Below, piece after piece: positions 37,591 to 48,834 of a DNA stretch of 64,000 bases. How positions within the stretch are numbered: the first letter of the stretch is position 1; each line of letters begins with the position of its first letter. Location: assembly GCA_050287845.1 (NCBI GenBank), contig JBNKCR010000025.1, positions 66,313-130,312 of the forward strand. The letters are read 5' to 3'. This stretch comes from Polyangia bacterium. GTDB lineage: Bacteria > Myxococcota_A > Polyangia > JAAYKL01. The position numbers were made by a program, and so were the translations under genes. The notes below the pieces were generated by a model, which worked only from the letters and a program-made list of their open reading frames with translations, made no database searches and was not told where the DNA came from.

Positions 37591-40326
37591 TCAATCGAGC
37601 ATGTCGCCGTAGAGGATGCCGAAGCCGTTGGTGCCGAAGTAGACACGGCCGTAAATGCGGGGGTCGCCGGTGATGCACTGGATGGTGGCGAATTTATGGG
37701 TGTCGTCGGTGACTTGATTCCAGCTTTCGCCCATATCGTCGGAACGGTAAATTTCGTGGGCGCCATCCACCACACCGGAGATGAAGATGGCCGGGTAGTC
37801 GGCATCGGGAGCTGCCTTGCCAAACCCGAATGTGGCGCAGAGTTCCACATTGGCTGCTTTGGTGAAACTGTCTCCACCATCAGTGGAATACCACAGCCCG
37901 TTCAAATCCGAGGCACTGGAACCACCGGTCACCTGCGCGCCGCCGGCCAGCCAGACATGTCCTTCAAATCCGGGCACCGCGTGAATTTCACCGGTGGTTG
38001 GCAGATCTTCGGTGACTGTGGCCTCAAAGCTGGCGCCACCATCGGTGCTCACATAGAACGTTCCCTCGCCAAAGGCGTACATTCTGGATGCATTCACCCG
38101 ATCAGATGCGACCGAAGCGCCATTCGGAACGCCACCGGTTACCGGCGACAGAGAGCTGAACCCATTGTTGGCCGAAACCGAAACCGGACCATCCCCGGGG
38201 GCCCACACGACGGAAGCACCATCGGCGGTGATGGCCACCTGACCATTGGTGCCGGGCAGTTCACTCCAGCTTTTATTCCAGGTGGCGCCGCCGTCGTTCG
38301 AAGAGGCAAATCCCTGTCCCACCCGCACCATGATGTCAGGGTCGGCTTCGGCAAAGTCAATACCGGTCATAGTGCCGCCGTCGGGAATGGTGTGCCGTTC
38401 ATCCGCGGAAGGTGCGAGGTCCAAATCATTGTGCACCCAGCCGCCGATGTCGCCCACCACGCTGATGAGGGGGGCGCCTTCCGGCGGACTGATAAGACCG
38501 AGCACCGATGTCTCTTCAATGCCCACCGCTTTGGATTCGATGGTAATGACCCCGCCGCTATCCCATTCGGAAAGATTCTCTACAGCGTAGAGAGTGACTC
38601 CTGTACCGTACATCATTCGGTCGGAATCGAACGGGTCGATGTTTAGGCCTTCCATCATCCAGCCAATCTTAACGGGCTGGTCCGGTTCAGCGTGTTCGTT
38701 GTTGATGTTGAAGTTGGGATTGAAAATCCAGGGCGCCGACGACAAATCGAATTCGTGGTACTGGGTCATTTCCGGGTATCCCGCCCATTCCCAGAGGGGC
38801 CGCCAGCTCTCACCGCCATCGGTGGTGCGGAACATCACGCCATCGGGCCACCAGGAGTTCACACCGGCCACCACCAGGGTGCCCGGATTCTGCATGTCCA
38901 CGCCCAGACCGCCATACCCCCAGTATGCATCGCTGGGATTGGTGACGCCGTCAACCGGGGTAATCTTTGTCCATGTTTCGTCTGCCGGGTCGAATTTCCA
39001 CACGTCGCCTTTGTTGCCCCGATAGGGACCGGCCCAGTTCGAGTAGGTGAGATACAGAATGCCGTCTGCATCCAGTTTGCCCTGTTTGGGCATCAGGCCG
39101 GTATAGGGACAGGCCAGTGTACCATCGTCGTTTTCCTCGGTCGTATCCCAGGTGAGGCCGCCGGTCATGGTGACGGTGGTGCCTTCCAGACTGCTCTGGG
39201 GCTGGCCGGGAACCGCTTCCCAGCTTTCGCCGCCATCGGTGGTGCGGAACAGATTGGGCTCTCCCGGCTCCACATGGGCGATGCCCACGTAAATGGTCTG
39301 AGTGGCAGAACCAGCCGAACCCGTCGCCGGATCAAAGGTCACCCAGCTGATGCCCGGAGTGTGATTGTCGTAATTCGATGGGTCGTCGGGATTGGTGGCA
39401 AAGGTGCCGGTGGCCGGAAAGTTCGTTACCTGGGCCCAGGTCTCTCCGGCGTCTTCGCTGCGCCACAGACCGTAGTCCTCGCGGCCTGCAAAATAAAGAA
39501 TGTTGCCATCATTGGGGTCCACCGCCAGACGCTCACCCATGCCGCGGCCACCCATGTTGCCCCCCATCTTGAATGGCATGTTGGTTTTTTCAAAGCTGTC
39601 TCCCCGGTCGCTGGAGCGCCAGATGACACCGTTGGTGCTGGCCCATTCGTTCGTGTAGGTGCCCCCGGCGATGTACAGTTTGTCCGGATCGGATGGATCC
39701 ATGGCCACCGACTCGGGGCCGGTCCAGTTCCAGTTGTCCGCATCGACAAAGTACAGGAGCTGTTTCCATGTTTCCGTTTCGGGAACCCAGCGATAAACGC
39801 CCCCCATATCGGTTTTGGCATAAATCAAATCCGGTTCGGTGGGATGAAAAATCACGTTCACAATAAATCCGCCGCCGGCGCCGGTGCGCACGCTTTTGAA
39901 TCGGTACGTGCCATTGGGGTCCACATCCAGATTGTTGTACACTTCAGTATCCACCTCCACTTCGGTGTCAATTTCCGTGTCAATCTGACCGTCTGTGTCC
40001 GAATCGCTGTCGGCGTCTGAATCAGTATCGGCATCCGAGTCGCTGTCGGTATCCGAATCGGTGTCGGCATCGGAGTCGGTGTCGGTGTCCGAATCGGCAT
40101 CAGAATCGGTGTCGACATCGGAGTCGGAGTCGGAGTCGGTGTCGGTGTCGGTATCTGAATCGGCGTCGGTATCCGAGTCCGAATCGCTGTCTGAATTGTT
40201 TTCTGAATTGTTTTCTTTGCTGTCATCAGAACATCCGATAGTCCCCATGAGGCACAGACTCCAGAGAATTGTCAGAAACAGTCGTTTTAAGATGTCCAGC
40301 GGGACGCGAAAGCTGCCTGGGATCAT
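37591..40326 (-). CDS. GH74 xyloglucanase-like lipoprotein with DT/DS linker
   Basis: Lipobox [36 protein letters not shown]-like (S/T)xDGG repeats, GDIGG and [10 protein letters not shown]. Start at 40326 follows an AAGGAG RBS. Confidence 0.92.
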   Translation of the reverse strand: MIPGSFRVPLDILKRLFLTILWSLCLMGTIGCSDDSKENNSENNSDSDSDSDTDADSDTDTDTDSDSDSDVDTDSDADSDTDTDSDADTDSDTDSDSDADTDSDADSDSDTDGQIDTEIDTEVEVDTEVYNNLDVDPNGTYRFKSVRTGAGGGFIVNVIFHPTEPDLIYAKTDMGGVYRWVPETETWKQLLYFVDADNWNWTGPESVAMDPSDPDKLYIAGGTYTNEWASTNGVIWRSSDRGDSFEKTNMPFKMGGNMGGRGMGERLAVDPNDGNILYFAGREDYGLWRSEDAGETWAQVTNFPATGTFATNPDDPSNYDNHTPGISWVTFDPATGSAGSATQTIYVGIAHVEPGEPNLFRTTDGGESWEAVPGQPQSSLEGTTVTMTGGLTWDTTEENDDGTLACPYTGLMPKQGKLDADGILYLTYSNWAGPYRGNKGDVWKFDPADETWTKITPVDGVTNPSDAYWGYGGLGVDMQNPGTLVVAGVNSWWPDGVMFRTTDGGESWRPLWEWAGYPEMTQYHEFDLSSAPWIFNPNFNINNEHAEPDQPVKIGWMMEGLNIDPFDSDRMMYGTGVTLYAVENLSEWDSGGVITIESKAVGIEETSVLGLISPPEGAPLISVVGDIGGWVHNDLDLAPSADERHTIPDGGTMTGIDFAEADPDIMVRVGQGFASSNDGGATWNKSWSELPGTNGQVAITADGASVVWAPGDGPVSVSANNGFSSLSPVTGGVPNGASVASDRVNASRMYAFGEGTFYVSTDGGASFEATVTEDLPTTGEIHAVPGFEGHVWLAGGAQVTGGSSASDLNGLWYSTDGGDSFTKAANVELCATFGFGKAAPDADYPAIFISGVVDGAHEIYRSDDMGESWNQVTDDTHKFATIQCITGDPRIYGRVYFGTNGFGILYGDMLD
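39995..40192 (-). repeat. Coding (Asp-Ser/Thr/Ala)n repeat
   Basis: [17 protein letters not shown]... linker, about 65 codons. Confidence 0.95.
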
Positions 40327-40664
40327 GATACGTGTTTCTCCTTGCGTGATAATTAACACGTTTTTTAAACGCGGTTTCATTTCAGCAGTCTGGTATCCCT
40401 GAGTTTTTTTACAGTGAGGTCCAGATGTCAAGATGATTGTTGAATGATCAGCAATGGAATGCGGACTGGATTGACATTTGTCTGATGAACCCGGGCATAT
40501 CTCCCGTCATTCCATCGAAAAGCAACGGAGTGCGCTATTTACGGGGAGGAGACGAATTGATGTTTTTCTGGCGATGGGGAGGTGAGACCATTCTGATTTT
40601 TTGATTTGGCAGGACAATGGGGCCTGTATCGATTCACTGTAAATGGGATGAGTGGGTATGAGTG

Positions 40665-42632
40665 CTATGGGGTGTCGCTGTCCGGTGTGTGCGATGTGAA
40701 GACGACGTTGTCAAGCAGGGCGGCCAGATCTTCGAATCGGTAGGGTTTGCTGATGCTGCCGTTGAAACCGAAGTCCGCGGGGTTTTTCATTACCGGCACA
40801 TCCATGTATCCGCTGGCCACGAAGATGGGGATGTCAGGGTTCAGTTTTCGGATTTCGGAAACGGTCTGCATGCCGCCCCATCCCCCCGGTACGGTGAGGT
40901 CGAGAATTACCGCATGGTAGGCATCCGGTGTGCCGGACTTCCGGCAGAACAGCTCGAACGCCTCTTTTCCTTCCTTTACACAAGTGACCGTGTATCCGAG
41001 CCGTTTTATCATGGCCTGGGTGGCCTTGCGGATAACATCGTCGTCATCCATGAACAGTATCCGACCCTCCGGATGGGCTGTGGTTTCCGGCTGTGGATGA
41101 ATGCTTTCGAAGTTAACTGCCGGCAGGTAAAAATGCACTGTCGTACCCTGCAGTGGAACCGATTCGATTTCGATGGCGCCTTCGTGGCGCTGCAGTATGG
41201 AATAGCAGGTGGAAAGCCCCAGGCCCCTGCCCGTTTCCTTGGTGGTGAAGAAGGGGTCGAAGACTTTGTCAATATCCTCCGCGGCAATGCCCACCCCGGA
41301 ATCGACAACGGAAATCCGAATGTATCTGCCCTGGGGATGAAGAATCGGTGAGTGACCGCTTTTCCAGTTTCGTGCCCGGATTTTCAATACGCTGTTCGGT
41401 TGCATGCTTTCAACGGCGTTGGTGACCACGTTTTCCATTACCTGAGAAATCTGCTCGCAGTCGAAACTGGCCTGTTTCAGGTCATCGTCGATATCCAGTT
41501 GTACGGTTACCCCGGTTCCCTCGCTGCAGCTCATCGCCACATCGGCCAGCAGCGGAAACAGGTTTCCGGGGTTTCGGTTGGGTGTGCCTCCCTGGGAGAA
41601 GGTGATGAGTTGACGGGTGAGCAGCCTGGCGCGATCGATGGTACGGATGGAATTCTGCAGCAGTTCAATGATGGCGGGTTCGCTGCTTTCCGCGATGGCG
41701 AGATCAACATTGCCATAAATGCCACCGAACAGGTTGTTGAAATCGTGAGCAATGCCACCGGCCAGATAACCGAGCGATTCCAGTCGCTGATGTCGCTGGA
41801 GCTGGGAGTCCGTCTGTTTGCGATGGGTATTGTCCACAGACATGATCAGCATGCCCTCTTCCATCGGTTGAATGCTCCATTGGAAAATGCCAATGTCTCC
41901 GTCGGGGAATTGCAGTTCCTGCTCGAGTTGTCTGGCTTTTCGGTCAATGAAGCACTGTTCAATCGATTGAAAGATGGCCGAGCCGCGGGTTTCCGGCCAT
42001 TCGTCCATATATCTGCGGCCAAGAAGTTCTTCGCGGGGACGCCGATTGTGCAGCTCCGCCGAATGATTGATGTACAGATAGCGCCAGTCATCGTCGAGAA
42101 TCTGAATGCCTTCGAGCAGGTGATCGAGCGTTGTGCGGTAGCGCTGTTCACTCTTGCGCAGGCGCGCACTGTTTTCGATTTCGCCGGTAATGTCGCGGTT
42201 GATGGCAATGGCGCCAATGATAACCCCCTTTTCATCCCGCAGCGGCATTGCGGAGTTGGAAATAATTTTTTCCGAGCCATCGAAGCATTTGATGCGAATC
42301 ACTTCATCGGAGGAGGTCTCTCCGTTACGTATGGCGCGGCTTCCGGCCCATTGATGCGCTTCAATTTTTTTACCGGTTTCGTGCCACCACGCCTCATATG
42401 CACAGAATTCTTCAGGGCCAACATACCTGATGCCCTTCCAGATTTGTTTTCCGGCTGGATTGCCATACACGATGGTGCCGGTTTTATCCATGATGTACAC
42501 GGCAACGGGCAGCGCCTCAATGACATGGTACAGCATATCCAGGTTCAGCATATCCCGGGGCGTGCCAGATACACACTTTTCTGTTTCTGTGGTTTGATCC
42601 TGGTTGGGGGACAGTGGTCTATCCTGGCTCAT
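40665..42632 (-). CDS. Cytoplasmic PAS-PAS hybrid histidine kinase
   Basis: Two PAS domains, GIAHDFNN, NAVES, DSGVGI, FFTTK...GLGL and a C-terminal receiver (MDDD, LDLT, KP). Confidence 0.92.
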   Translation of the reverse strand: MSQDRPLSPNQDQTTETEKCVSGTPRDMLNLDMLYHVIEALPVAVYIMDKTGTIVYGNPAGKQIWKGIRYVGPEEFCAYEAWWHETGKKIEAHQWAGSRAIRNGETSSDEVIRIKCFDGSEKIISNSAMPLRDEKGVIIGAIAINRDITGEIENSARLRKSEQRYRTTLDHLLEGIQILDDDWRYLYINHSAELHNRRPREELLGRRYMDEWPETRGSAIFQSIEQCFIDRKARQLEQELQFPDGDIGIFQWSIQPMEEGMLIMSVDNTHRKQTDSQLQRHQRLESLGYLAGGIAHDFNNLFGGIYGNVDLAIAESSEPAIIELLQNSIRTIDRARLLTRQLITFSQGGTPNRNPGNLFPLLADVAMSCSEGTGVTVQLDIDDDLKQASFDCEQISQVMENVVTNAVESMQPNSVLKIRARNWKSGHSPILHPQGRYIRISVVDSGVGIAAEDIDKVFDPFFTTKETGRGLGLSTCYSILQRHEGAIEIESVPLQGTTVHFYLPAVNFESIHPQPETTAHPEGRILFMDDDDVIRKATQAMIKRLGYTVTCVKEGKEAFELFCRKSGTPDAYHAVILDLTVPGGWGGMQTVSEIRKLNPDIPIFVASGYMDVPVMKNPADFGFNGSISKPYRFEDLAALLDNVVFTSHTPDSDTP

Positions 42633-42836
42633 TGACTCTGGCCTTTCTTCCTTTTCGAGGTCGGGAAAGAGAAACAGAGATGGTGCGTAAGGTGTTGTTG
42701 ACTCGGGTTTTTTGTGTTTTTTTATTCTACACTTTAATGGGCCGGCTGCAATGGGGATTGCTCCCTTTTATGGCGGTTGTCTCCGGCGAGAGGTCGGTTA
42801 TGGGAATACAGTGTGGTTGTGATACGACAATCGATA

Positions 42837-43601
42837 TCAATCCAGGCAGGCGGGGCCGGCTGAGGTGCCGATGACATCCGCGCCGGCCGCGATCAGTTGT
42901 CGTGCAAGGATGGCGTCTTTGATGCCACCGGAGGCTTTGATACGCATGGTGTTTCCCACTGCGATTTTCATGATTTCAATGTCGCGAATGGTGGCGCCCC
43001 GGTCGGCAAACCCGGTACTGGTTTTTACAAAGGCGGCACCGGCCATTCCGGACAGGGCGCACCCGACGACGATTTCGCTTTCGGTGAGACAGGCGGTTTC
43101 CAGGATGACTTTGAGGGGCAAAGGTGCGATGGCTTCGGCAACCATGGCGATTCGGTCAAGGGCCGCTCGCAGGTTGCCCGTTTTGAGGGATGGTACATCA
43201 AGAACCATGTCTATTTCATCGGCGCCATCTGCGACGGCGCTCTGGGCCTGGGCGACCACATCTTTCGGTGTGGCGCCGCAAAGGGGGAAGTCAACAACGG
43301 AAATTTTAAGAATATCGGTGTTTTGCAGGATGTTGGCGCATGTTTTTATATGGCGGGGCAGACAGCACACGCCGCGAAAGTGGTATTCAAGGGCCTCATG
43401 GCACAGCTGCTCAATCCGGGATGTGGTTGTACTGACCTTCAGGGCAGTATGTTCAATCCTTTTTGATATTTTCTCTAAAATTGTTGGCATTCTGGCCGTT
43501 TGGACTCTTGAATGCTGAACGCTGTGAAGGGTTTGGGTGAAAATGGATTGAATTTCCGCCGCTGTCAGCGAAGAATGAACTGTATTGGTTTTGTCTGACA
43601 T
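42837..43601 (-). CDS. deoC: Deoxyribose-phosphate aldolase
   Basis: IEHTALK, GADEIDMV, LKVILET, FVKTSTGF, IKASGGI and IGTS. Confidence 0.93.
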   Translation of the reverse strand: MSDKTNTVHSSLTAAEIQSIFTQTLHSVQHSRVQTARMPTILEKISKRIEHTALKVSTTTSRIEQLCHEALEYHFRGVCCLPRHIKTCANILQNTDILKISVVDFPLCGATPKDVVAQAQSAVADGADEIDMVLDVPSLKTGNLRAALDRIAMVAEAIAPLPLKVILETACLTESEIVVGCALSGMAGAAFVKTSTGFADRGATIRDIEIMKIAVGNTMRIKASGGIKDAILARQLIAAGADVIGTSAGPACLD

Positions 43602-43686
43602 GATGAATATTTCCGTTTTGTAAAAATTTGAGGTACATTATTTCATTTGAAAAGATCAATAGCGAATGAGTTTCGGGAAGAGAAAA

Positions 43687-44619
43687 ATGAGTTCAGATAG
43701 ATCAGAAGCCACAACACAGCTCACGATCCAGTTGGATCGGGAAACGCTGTCCATGATGAAGGAGCAGGCCCGTGAAAGCATGAAGCCATCACTGGTGGTG
43801 GTGCAGGGCGTGGACCGGGGAGACGCGTTTGTTATCGAGACGACGCCGCTGATTCTCGGACGCGGGGATATGTGTGACTACGTGATACGGGATGACGGGA
43901 TTTCCCGCACCCATGCACAGATAGTAACCTCCCCGGACGGGGCCTATATGATTGAGGATTTGGACAGTACGAACGGGATTTTCATCGGTCAGAAACGGGT
44001 GAAGCGCCATTTGCTCGAAGAAGGCGATAAGGTGCTGCTGGGCCGGCGAACCATATTGAAATTTGTTTATCAGGATGCGGTGGATGAGCGCTATCAGAAG
44101 CAGATGTATGAGTCTGCGGTGAAAGATGGTCTGACGGGTGTCTATAATCGGAAACATTTCAATGAGCGCATTCACAGCGAGCTGTCGTTCGCACACCGGC
44201 ACAAATCCAGTTTGAGCCTGTTGATTTTTGACCTGGATCACTTTAAACAGGTGAATGATACCTACGGGCATCAGGCGGGGGATGAGGTCCTGACCGATGT
44301 GGCTGCAAAAATTCAGTACACATTGCGGGAAGAGGATTTTTTTGCCCGCTACGGCGGAGAGGAATTCGCTGTTCTGGCGCGGGATATCGATGATCCGGGC
44401 GCTCGGGCACTGGGCGAGCGGATACGTCAGATTGTACAGGATTTGCGCGTTGTCACGCCCATGGGAATTCGCATCCCGGTCACGTTGAGCATTGGTATTG
44501 CCACGTTGAACGATGGGTTGCAGGTGTCCGCCGAGCAGCTCATCAAAGCGGCAGACGACAATCTGTATCGCGCCAAGCAGGCGGGCCGAAACCGGGTGTA
44601 TGCCACTCTGATGCAATAA
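43687..44619 (+). CDS. FHA-domain diguanylate cyclase
   Basis: FHA (LGR, ISRTHA, DLDSTNG) plus DGLTGVYNR, DLDHFK and REED..ARYGGEEF. Confidence 0.92.
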   Translation: MSSDRSEATTQLTIQLDRETLSMMKEQARESMKPSLVVVQGVDRGDAFVIETTPLILGRGDMCDYVIRDDGISRTHAQIVTSPDGAYMIEDLDSTNGIFIGQKRVKRHLLEEGDKVLLGRRTILKFVYQDAVDERYQKQMYESAVKDGLTGVYNRKHFNERIHSELSFAHRHKSSLSLLIFDLDHFKQVNDTYGHQAGDEVLTDVAAKIQYTLREEDFFARYGGEEFAVLARDIDDPGARALGERIRQIVQDLRVVTPMGIRIPVTLSIGIATLNDGLQVSAEQLIKAADDNLYRAKQAGRNRVYATLMQ

Positions 44620-44843
44620 CCTGCACCCATCTCGCTGCGTTCTTTTCTGGCGCACTGCATTTTACAACTTCAGCTGTTGCAATTTCGTTATAAATTCGAT
44701 GTAACTCCAATTCTGACAAGCGGTGTCGGTAATTGCGATTTCGAAATGAAAATCCAGATGGAACGCGTTTTCCTGACAATTCCGGCGTTTCCCTTCCGTG
44801 GCAAATATGGTAGAGCAGGCGATGCAAAAAAGAGGAAAAGTAA

Positions 44844-45194
44844 ATGAGTGATACAGAATTTGAAGTTGGTTCTCTGCTTGGGAAAGGAGCGTCTTTTAAA
44901 GGGACGCTGACGTTCTTCGGTACAGTTCGTATTGAGGGCGAGTTTGAAGGCGAAGTGATTTCCGATGATACCCTGGTCATCGCCCCCGGGGCGAAGGTGC
45001 AGGGGGTTGTCAACGTCGGTAGTCTGGTGGTGACCGGGGGGGTTGTGGAAGGCGAGGTGAATGCCAGAGAATCGGTTGAAATCATGGCGAATGGAAAACT
45101 GATTGGTGAAGTGACTACCCCATCGTTTCAGATTGAAAAAGGGGCTGTCTTTATGGGGGCCAGTAAAATGATTTCGCTGGACCCCGAAGAGTGA
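44844..45194 (+). CDS. Bactofilin (polymer-forming cytoskeletal protein)
   Basis: LLGKGASFKGTL.F.GTVRIEG.FEGEV...IEKGAVFMG. Confidence 0.9.
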   Translation: MSDTEFEVGSLLGKGASFKGTLTFFGTVRIEGEFEGEVISDDTLVIAPGAKVQGVVNVGSLVVTGGVVEGEVNARESVEIMANGKLIGEVTTPSFQIEKGAVFMGASKMISLDPEE

Positions 45195-45228
45195 TTGTCC
45201 TGACGGCTGAACAGGAAAGGAAGTACAC

Positions 45229-46494
45229 ATGCGTGTTATGAAAAACAGACCTTTAATCGTTGTTTTGTCGCTTTTGCTCAGTATGGCGATGGCTGCTACG
45301 GTGGCTGCGGCGGAGAAGCGTGCGAAAAGTGCTGATGACGAAAAAGCGGCGGTCGGCGCGTCGGCTGCGGTTGAAGCGGATGCCCCGTCGACTCCGGAAG
45401 CTGCGGATGCGACCGGTGCCTCCGGGGAAGCCGACATACAGGCGGACACATCCACATCGTCGGTTGCCGGCGAATCGGCCCCGGCCCCTGAAACCGGCAC
45501 GCCTGCCCCGGAAGACGAAGCAGCTGCTGCGTCGGCGACATCCGATGCCGGTGCGGTTGGGTCATCGACGGAGAAGGCAGGCGACAGCGCGGATGCGGCC
45601 GTACAATCCGATGCGGCGGTGGCGGCATCTGCAAAGGCGAGCGGGGCCGGTCAGCAGGGGGATGGCAAAGGGCAGGGCAAGGCTGCTGTGGCGCCGGAGG
45701 TCATTGCATCGCCCGTCCCCGTGGGCAATTTCATGGCCAAAGGGGTTCCGAGAACCGACCGGATTGTAAATGTTCTCACCGCCCAGACCGTTCGACCGGG
45801 GGCTATGACACTGACCGTGGACCATCGCGCCTACAAATCATTCTGGTCCGGGGAGGATGCCTGGTTCGATTACCTGGGGCTGGATTCCGGAAATCTGAAA
45901 ATCGGCATCGGTCTCAGGGTGGGGTTGAAAGAATATATGGACGTGGGATTTTATCGTCTGAGCAATGGCCGGGATTTGTTTGATGTGTACGAGTTCGACA
46001 CGAAAATGCGGTTTCTCTCCCAGGACGATGCCTTTATCAATGCGTCGTTGCGGGTTGGGGGCACCTGGTTCGTTCAGCAGAATGCGCCGGACGCCGCAGG
46101 GTTTCTGGGGCAGGTGAATGTTGATCGGCGCCTGTTCGGCACGCTGCTCATCGGTACCGGATTCGCGTTCCATACAGATTCCAGCAACGACCGGAAGTAC
46201 TATGGCGATCAGGACCCCTCCGCCGCGGTGCTCGGATATCTGGAGTGGCGTCCGATTCGACGGTTTTCACTCAATGGCGAAATGGCCGCCGCAGTGGCTG
46301 GATATAAATCCAAATATCCCAATTTTGCGTTTTCAACCCGGTTTCTCACCCACCGACATTCTTTTGCCCTGGTGGTGTCCAACACCCAGTACATGAGCGC
46401 GGATGGCATCGTGACCAATTCGTGGCGGGGATTCGGCCACCTGGTATTCGGTTTCCAGATTGTGCGGGAGTTTCAACTGGTGGACGCCCGGTAG
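45229..46494 (+). CDS. Exported beta-barrel-like protein (DUF5777-like) with Ala-rich linker
   Basis: Signal peptide, low-complexity linker, TVDHR, YLGLD, THRHSFALVVSN and FGFQIVR. Confidence 0.6.
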   Translation: MRVMKNRPLIVVLSLLLSMAMAATVAAAEKRAKSADDEKAAVGASAAVEADAPSTPEAADATGASGEADIQADTSTSSVAGESAPAPETGTPAPEDEAAAASATSDAGAVGSSTEKAGDSADAAVQSDAAVAASAKASGAGQQGDGKGQGKAAVAPEVIASPVPVGNFMAKGVPRTDRIVNVLTAQTVRPGAMTLTVDHRAYKSFWSGEDAWFDYLGLDSGNLKIGIGLRVGLKEYMDVGFYRLSNGRDLFDVYEFDTKMRFLSQDDAFINASLRVGGTWFVQQNAPDAAGFLGQVNVDRRLFGTLLIGTGFAFHTDSSNDRKYYGDQDPSAAVLGYLEWRPIRRFSLNGEMAAAVAGYKSKYPNFAFSTRFLTHRHSFALVVSNTQYMSADGIVTNSWRGFGHLVFGFQIVREFQLVDAR

Positions 46495-46632
46495 TCCTCT
46501 TTCTGTGCCCCTTCCAGCCATCGTTGATCGGTTCCATTTCGGGTAGAATCTGTGTCGGACGCAGACCGATTGGCTGTCACCAAATGGGATGCATCCATTG
46601 CGTCCGTCGGACTCTTCGGCTAAGAACGTTAT

Positions 46633-48834
46633 ATGGCAATGCTGTCGCTTATTCAGCTGTTCAGTTTTTTTACCATTCTATTTGTGTGGTCCCATATCTG
46701 GGCCTCTCCGGGGGGGAATACGCCGGTGAAACGTGCGTTGCTCTTCTTTGCGTTTCTGGACATCCCTTTTCTCGGGTTTGAACTGCTCACCCTCGTGCCC
46801 CTGTTCAAATCCTGGGTGGGAGTGTTCTTTCAGATGATGATGCCTTTCTGGATGCTGCTCGGTTTCGGTTTTCTGAATTTTGCCTACAGATGGACTGAGC
46901 GACGAAATGATTTGATGTATTACGCGGTTCTGGCGCTGTCTCTTCTGGCAATGCTGTACTTTGTGGTTTCGGGCAAGGTGTATCTGGGGCACCGATTCAC
47001 CCCGCAGGGGGTAGTGGACATTCGGAACGAATTGCTGCATGCACTGGTGGCCGTGCCATCCATTGCTGGAGGCATCATTGGTATTTATCTGCTCTGGCTC
47101 AGCAGACGTCGTGAATCCGCTGAAACTCCCCGGCGCATTCAGGATGTGATTCTGTTCGGAGCCGTCATCACCCTCAGCGCAATTGTGGTGTCCGACGTGG
47201 TGCTTCCGGATTTTTTCAATGTCAGTCATTTCACCCGTCTGGGCTCCAGCATGTTTGTGGTTTTTATTCTGCTGGTTTTTTTTGCAGTGCGAAAATACCG
47301 GTTTTTGCACTTCGGGATTGATGAAGTGGCCGTCCCGTTTTTTGAGAATATCAACGATGCGGTAATATGGGTTGTGGACGGCGCCCGTGTCCACCAGATG
47401 AATCCCGCTGCCCGGGAGTGGTTCGGCGTGGGTAAGGCAGAAGAGGGTGTCCCAATCACGACGTATTTGCCCTTTCCGGAAAAGCAGCGTCTTCGGCTGG
47501 AGCTGGGGGGGCAGGTGCGATGGGTCCGGAATACATCCTATTCCATCCGTAAAAATAATCTGGAGATGATGCGGGTATTTGTGCTTCGGGATGAAACCGA
47601 GGTGCATCACGCCCGGGAGGTGCTCCGCACAGCGCGAAACGAGTTGGAGAAGGAAGCGACGACCCGAAGTGAACGCCTGCTTCAGGCCCAGCGGCTTGAG
47701 GCGCTCGCATCGTTGAGCGGCAGCATTGCCCATGAATTCAACAATCTTTTAACCACGGTAATGGGGTATTCCACCGCTGCACTCGATGATGTGACCGAGG
47801 GGGACCCCGTGCGGGAAGATTTGCTGGAAGTGCTGAATGCCGCGGAGCGTGCCAGAGACATTGTAAAGCAGATGCTGACGTTCAGTGATGCGGGCAATCG
47901 GGAACAGATGGTGCTGGATGTGGTGGGTCTGGTTCGAGAGGCGTTGAAACTGGTGAATATTTCCATTCCAGGGAATGTGACAGTGACGTTTGAATTTGAA
48001 GAAAATCTGTTTACCCGGGGGAATGCCACGCGGTTGCATCAGGCGGTGATCAATCTGCTGACCAACGCCATTCATGCCATGGATCAGGGCGGTGGGGAGT
48101 TGCGGGTGAGGTTGTGTCAAAGCGTGGAGACGACGCCGATTCAATGTATCAACGCCAGCCTTCCCCCCGGGGAGTATGTGCGGGTGGCCATTGGCGACAC
48201 CGGATGCGGGATTCCGCCGGGACATATCGGGAAGATCTTCGAACCGTTTTTCACGACACGCAAACAGGGCAAGGGAACCGGCATCGGTCTGGCTACCGTA
48301 TTCCGTGTGATGGCGGAAAGTTCCGGGGGGATTCTGGTGAACTCCACGGTGGGAGAAGGCACTATCTTTGAATTGCTGTTTTCCCGGGCGGAACAGGGAC
48401 AGCCGCAAAGCGCCAGAACGCCTGCTGAGACTTCGCAGAAGGAACAGACCGGCACCATTCTGGTGGTGGACGACAATAATCTGGTCATCAATGTGATTCG
48501 ACGAATTCTGGAACCGCTTGGCTATCGGGTGATTTCCTTCGGACATCCCGTTTCGGTTCTCGATGCATTGAAAGAGAACCGCCGGATGTGTGATCTGGCA
48601 CTTCTTGATTATAGATTGCCGATGATGAACGGTCTGGCACTTGCTGAACGGATTCAGCAGATGTCGAATGACCTGCCGATAATTCTGTTTTCCGGAAAGA
48701 TGACGGACTCGCTGGAGAGTGAGGCAAAAGCGCAGGGGATAGCGCGATGTCTCTCCAAGCCGCTCTCCAAACAGCAGTTGGTGTCGGTGGTGATGGATTT
48801 GCTCGCGAAGGAGGGAGGGAACGGGCGAACATGA
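46633..48834 (+). CDS. Membrane (about 7 TM) hybrid histidine kinase
   Basis: Multi-TM N-terminus, PAS-like region, SIAHEFNN, NLLTNA, FFTTR...GTGIGL and a receiver domain. Confidence 0.92.
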   Translation: MAMLSLIQLFSFFTILFVWSHIWASPGGNTPVKRALLFFAFLDIPFLGFELLTLVPLFKSWVGVFFQMMMPFWMLLGFGFLNFAYRWTERRNDLMYYAVLALSLLAMLYFVVSGKVYLGHRFTPQGVVDIRNELLHALVAVPSIAGGIIGIYLLWLSRRRESAETPRRIQDVILFGAVITLSAIVVSDVVLPDFFNVSHFTRLGSSMFVVFILLVFFAVRKYRFLHFGIDEVAVPFFENINDAVIWVVDGARVHQMNPAAREWFGVGKAEEGVPITTYLPFPEKQRLRLELGGQVRWVRNTSYSIRKNNLEMMRVFVLRDETEVHHAREVLRTARNELEKEATTRSERLLQAQRLEALASLSGSIAHEFNNLLTTVMGYSTAALDDVTEGDPVREDLLEVLNAAERARDIVKQMLTFSDAGNREQMVLDVVGLVREALKLVNISIPGNVTVTFEFEENLFTRGNATRLHQAVINLLTNAIHAMDQGGGELRVRLCQSVETTPIQCINASLPPGEYVRVAIGDTGCGIPPGHIGKIFEPFFTTRKQGKGTGIGLATVFRVMAESSGGILVNSTVGEGTIFELLFSRAEQGQPQSARTPAETSQKEQTGTILVVDDNNLVINVIRRILEPLGYRVISFGHPVSVLDALKENRRMCDLALLDYRLPMMNGLALAERIQQMSNDLPIILFSGKMTDSLESEAKAQGIARCLSKPLSKQQLVSVVMDLLAKEGGNGRT

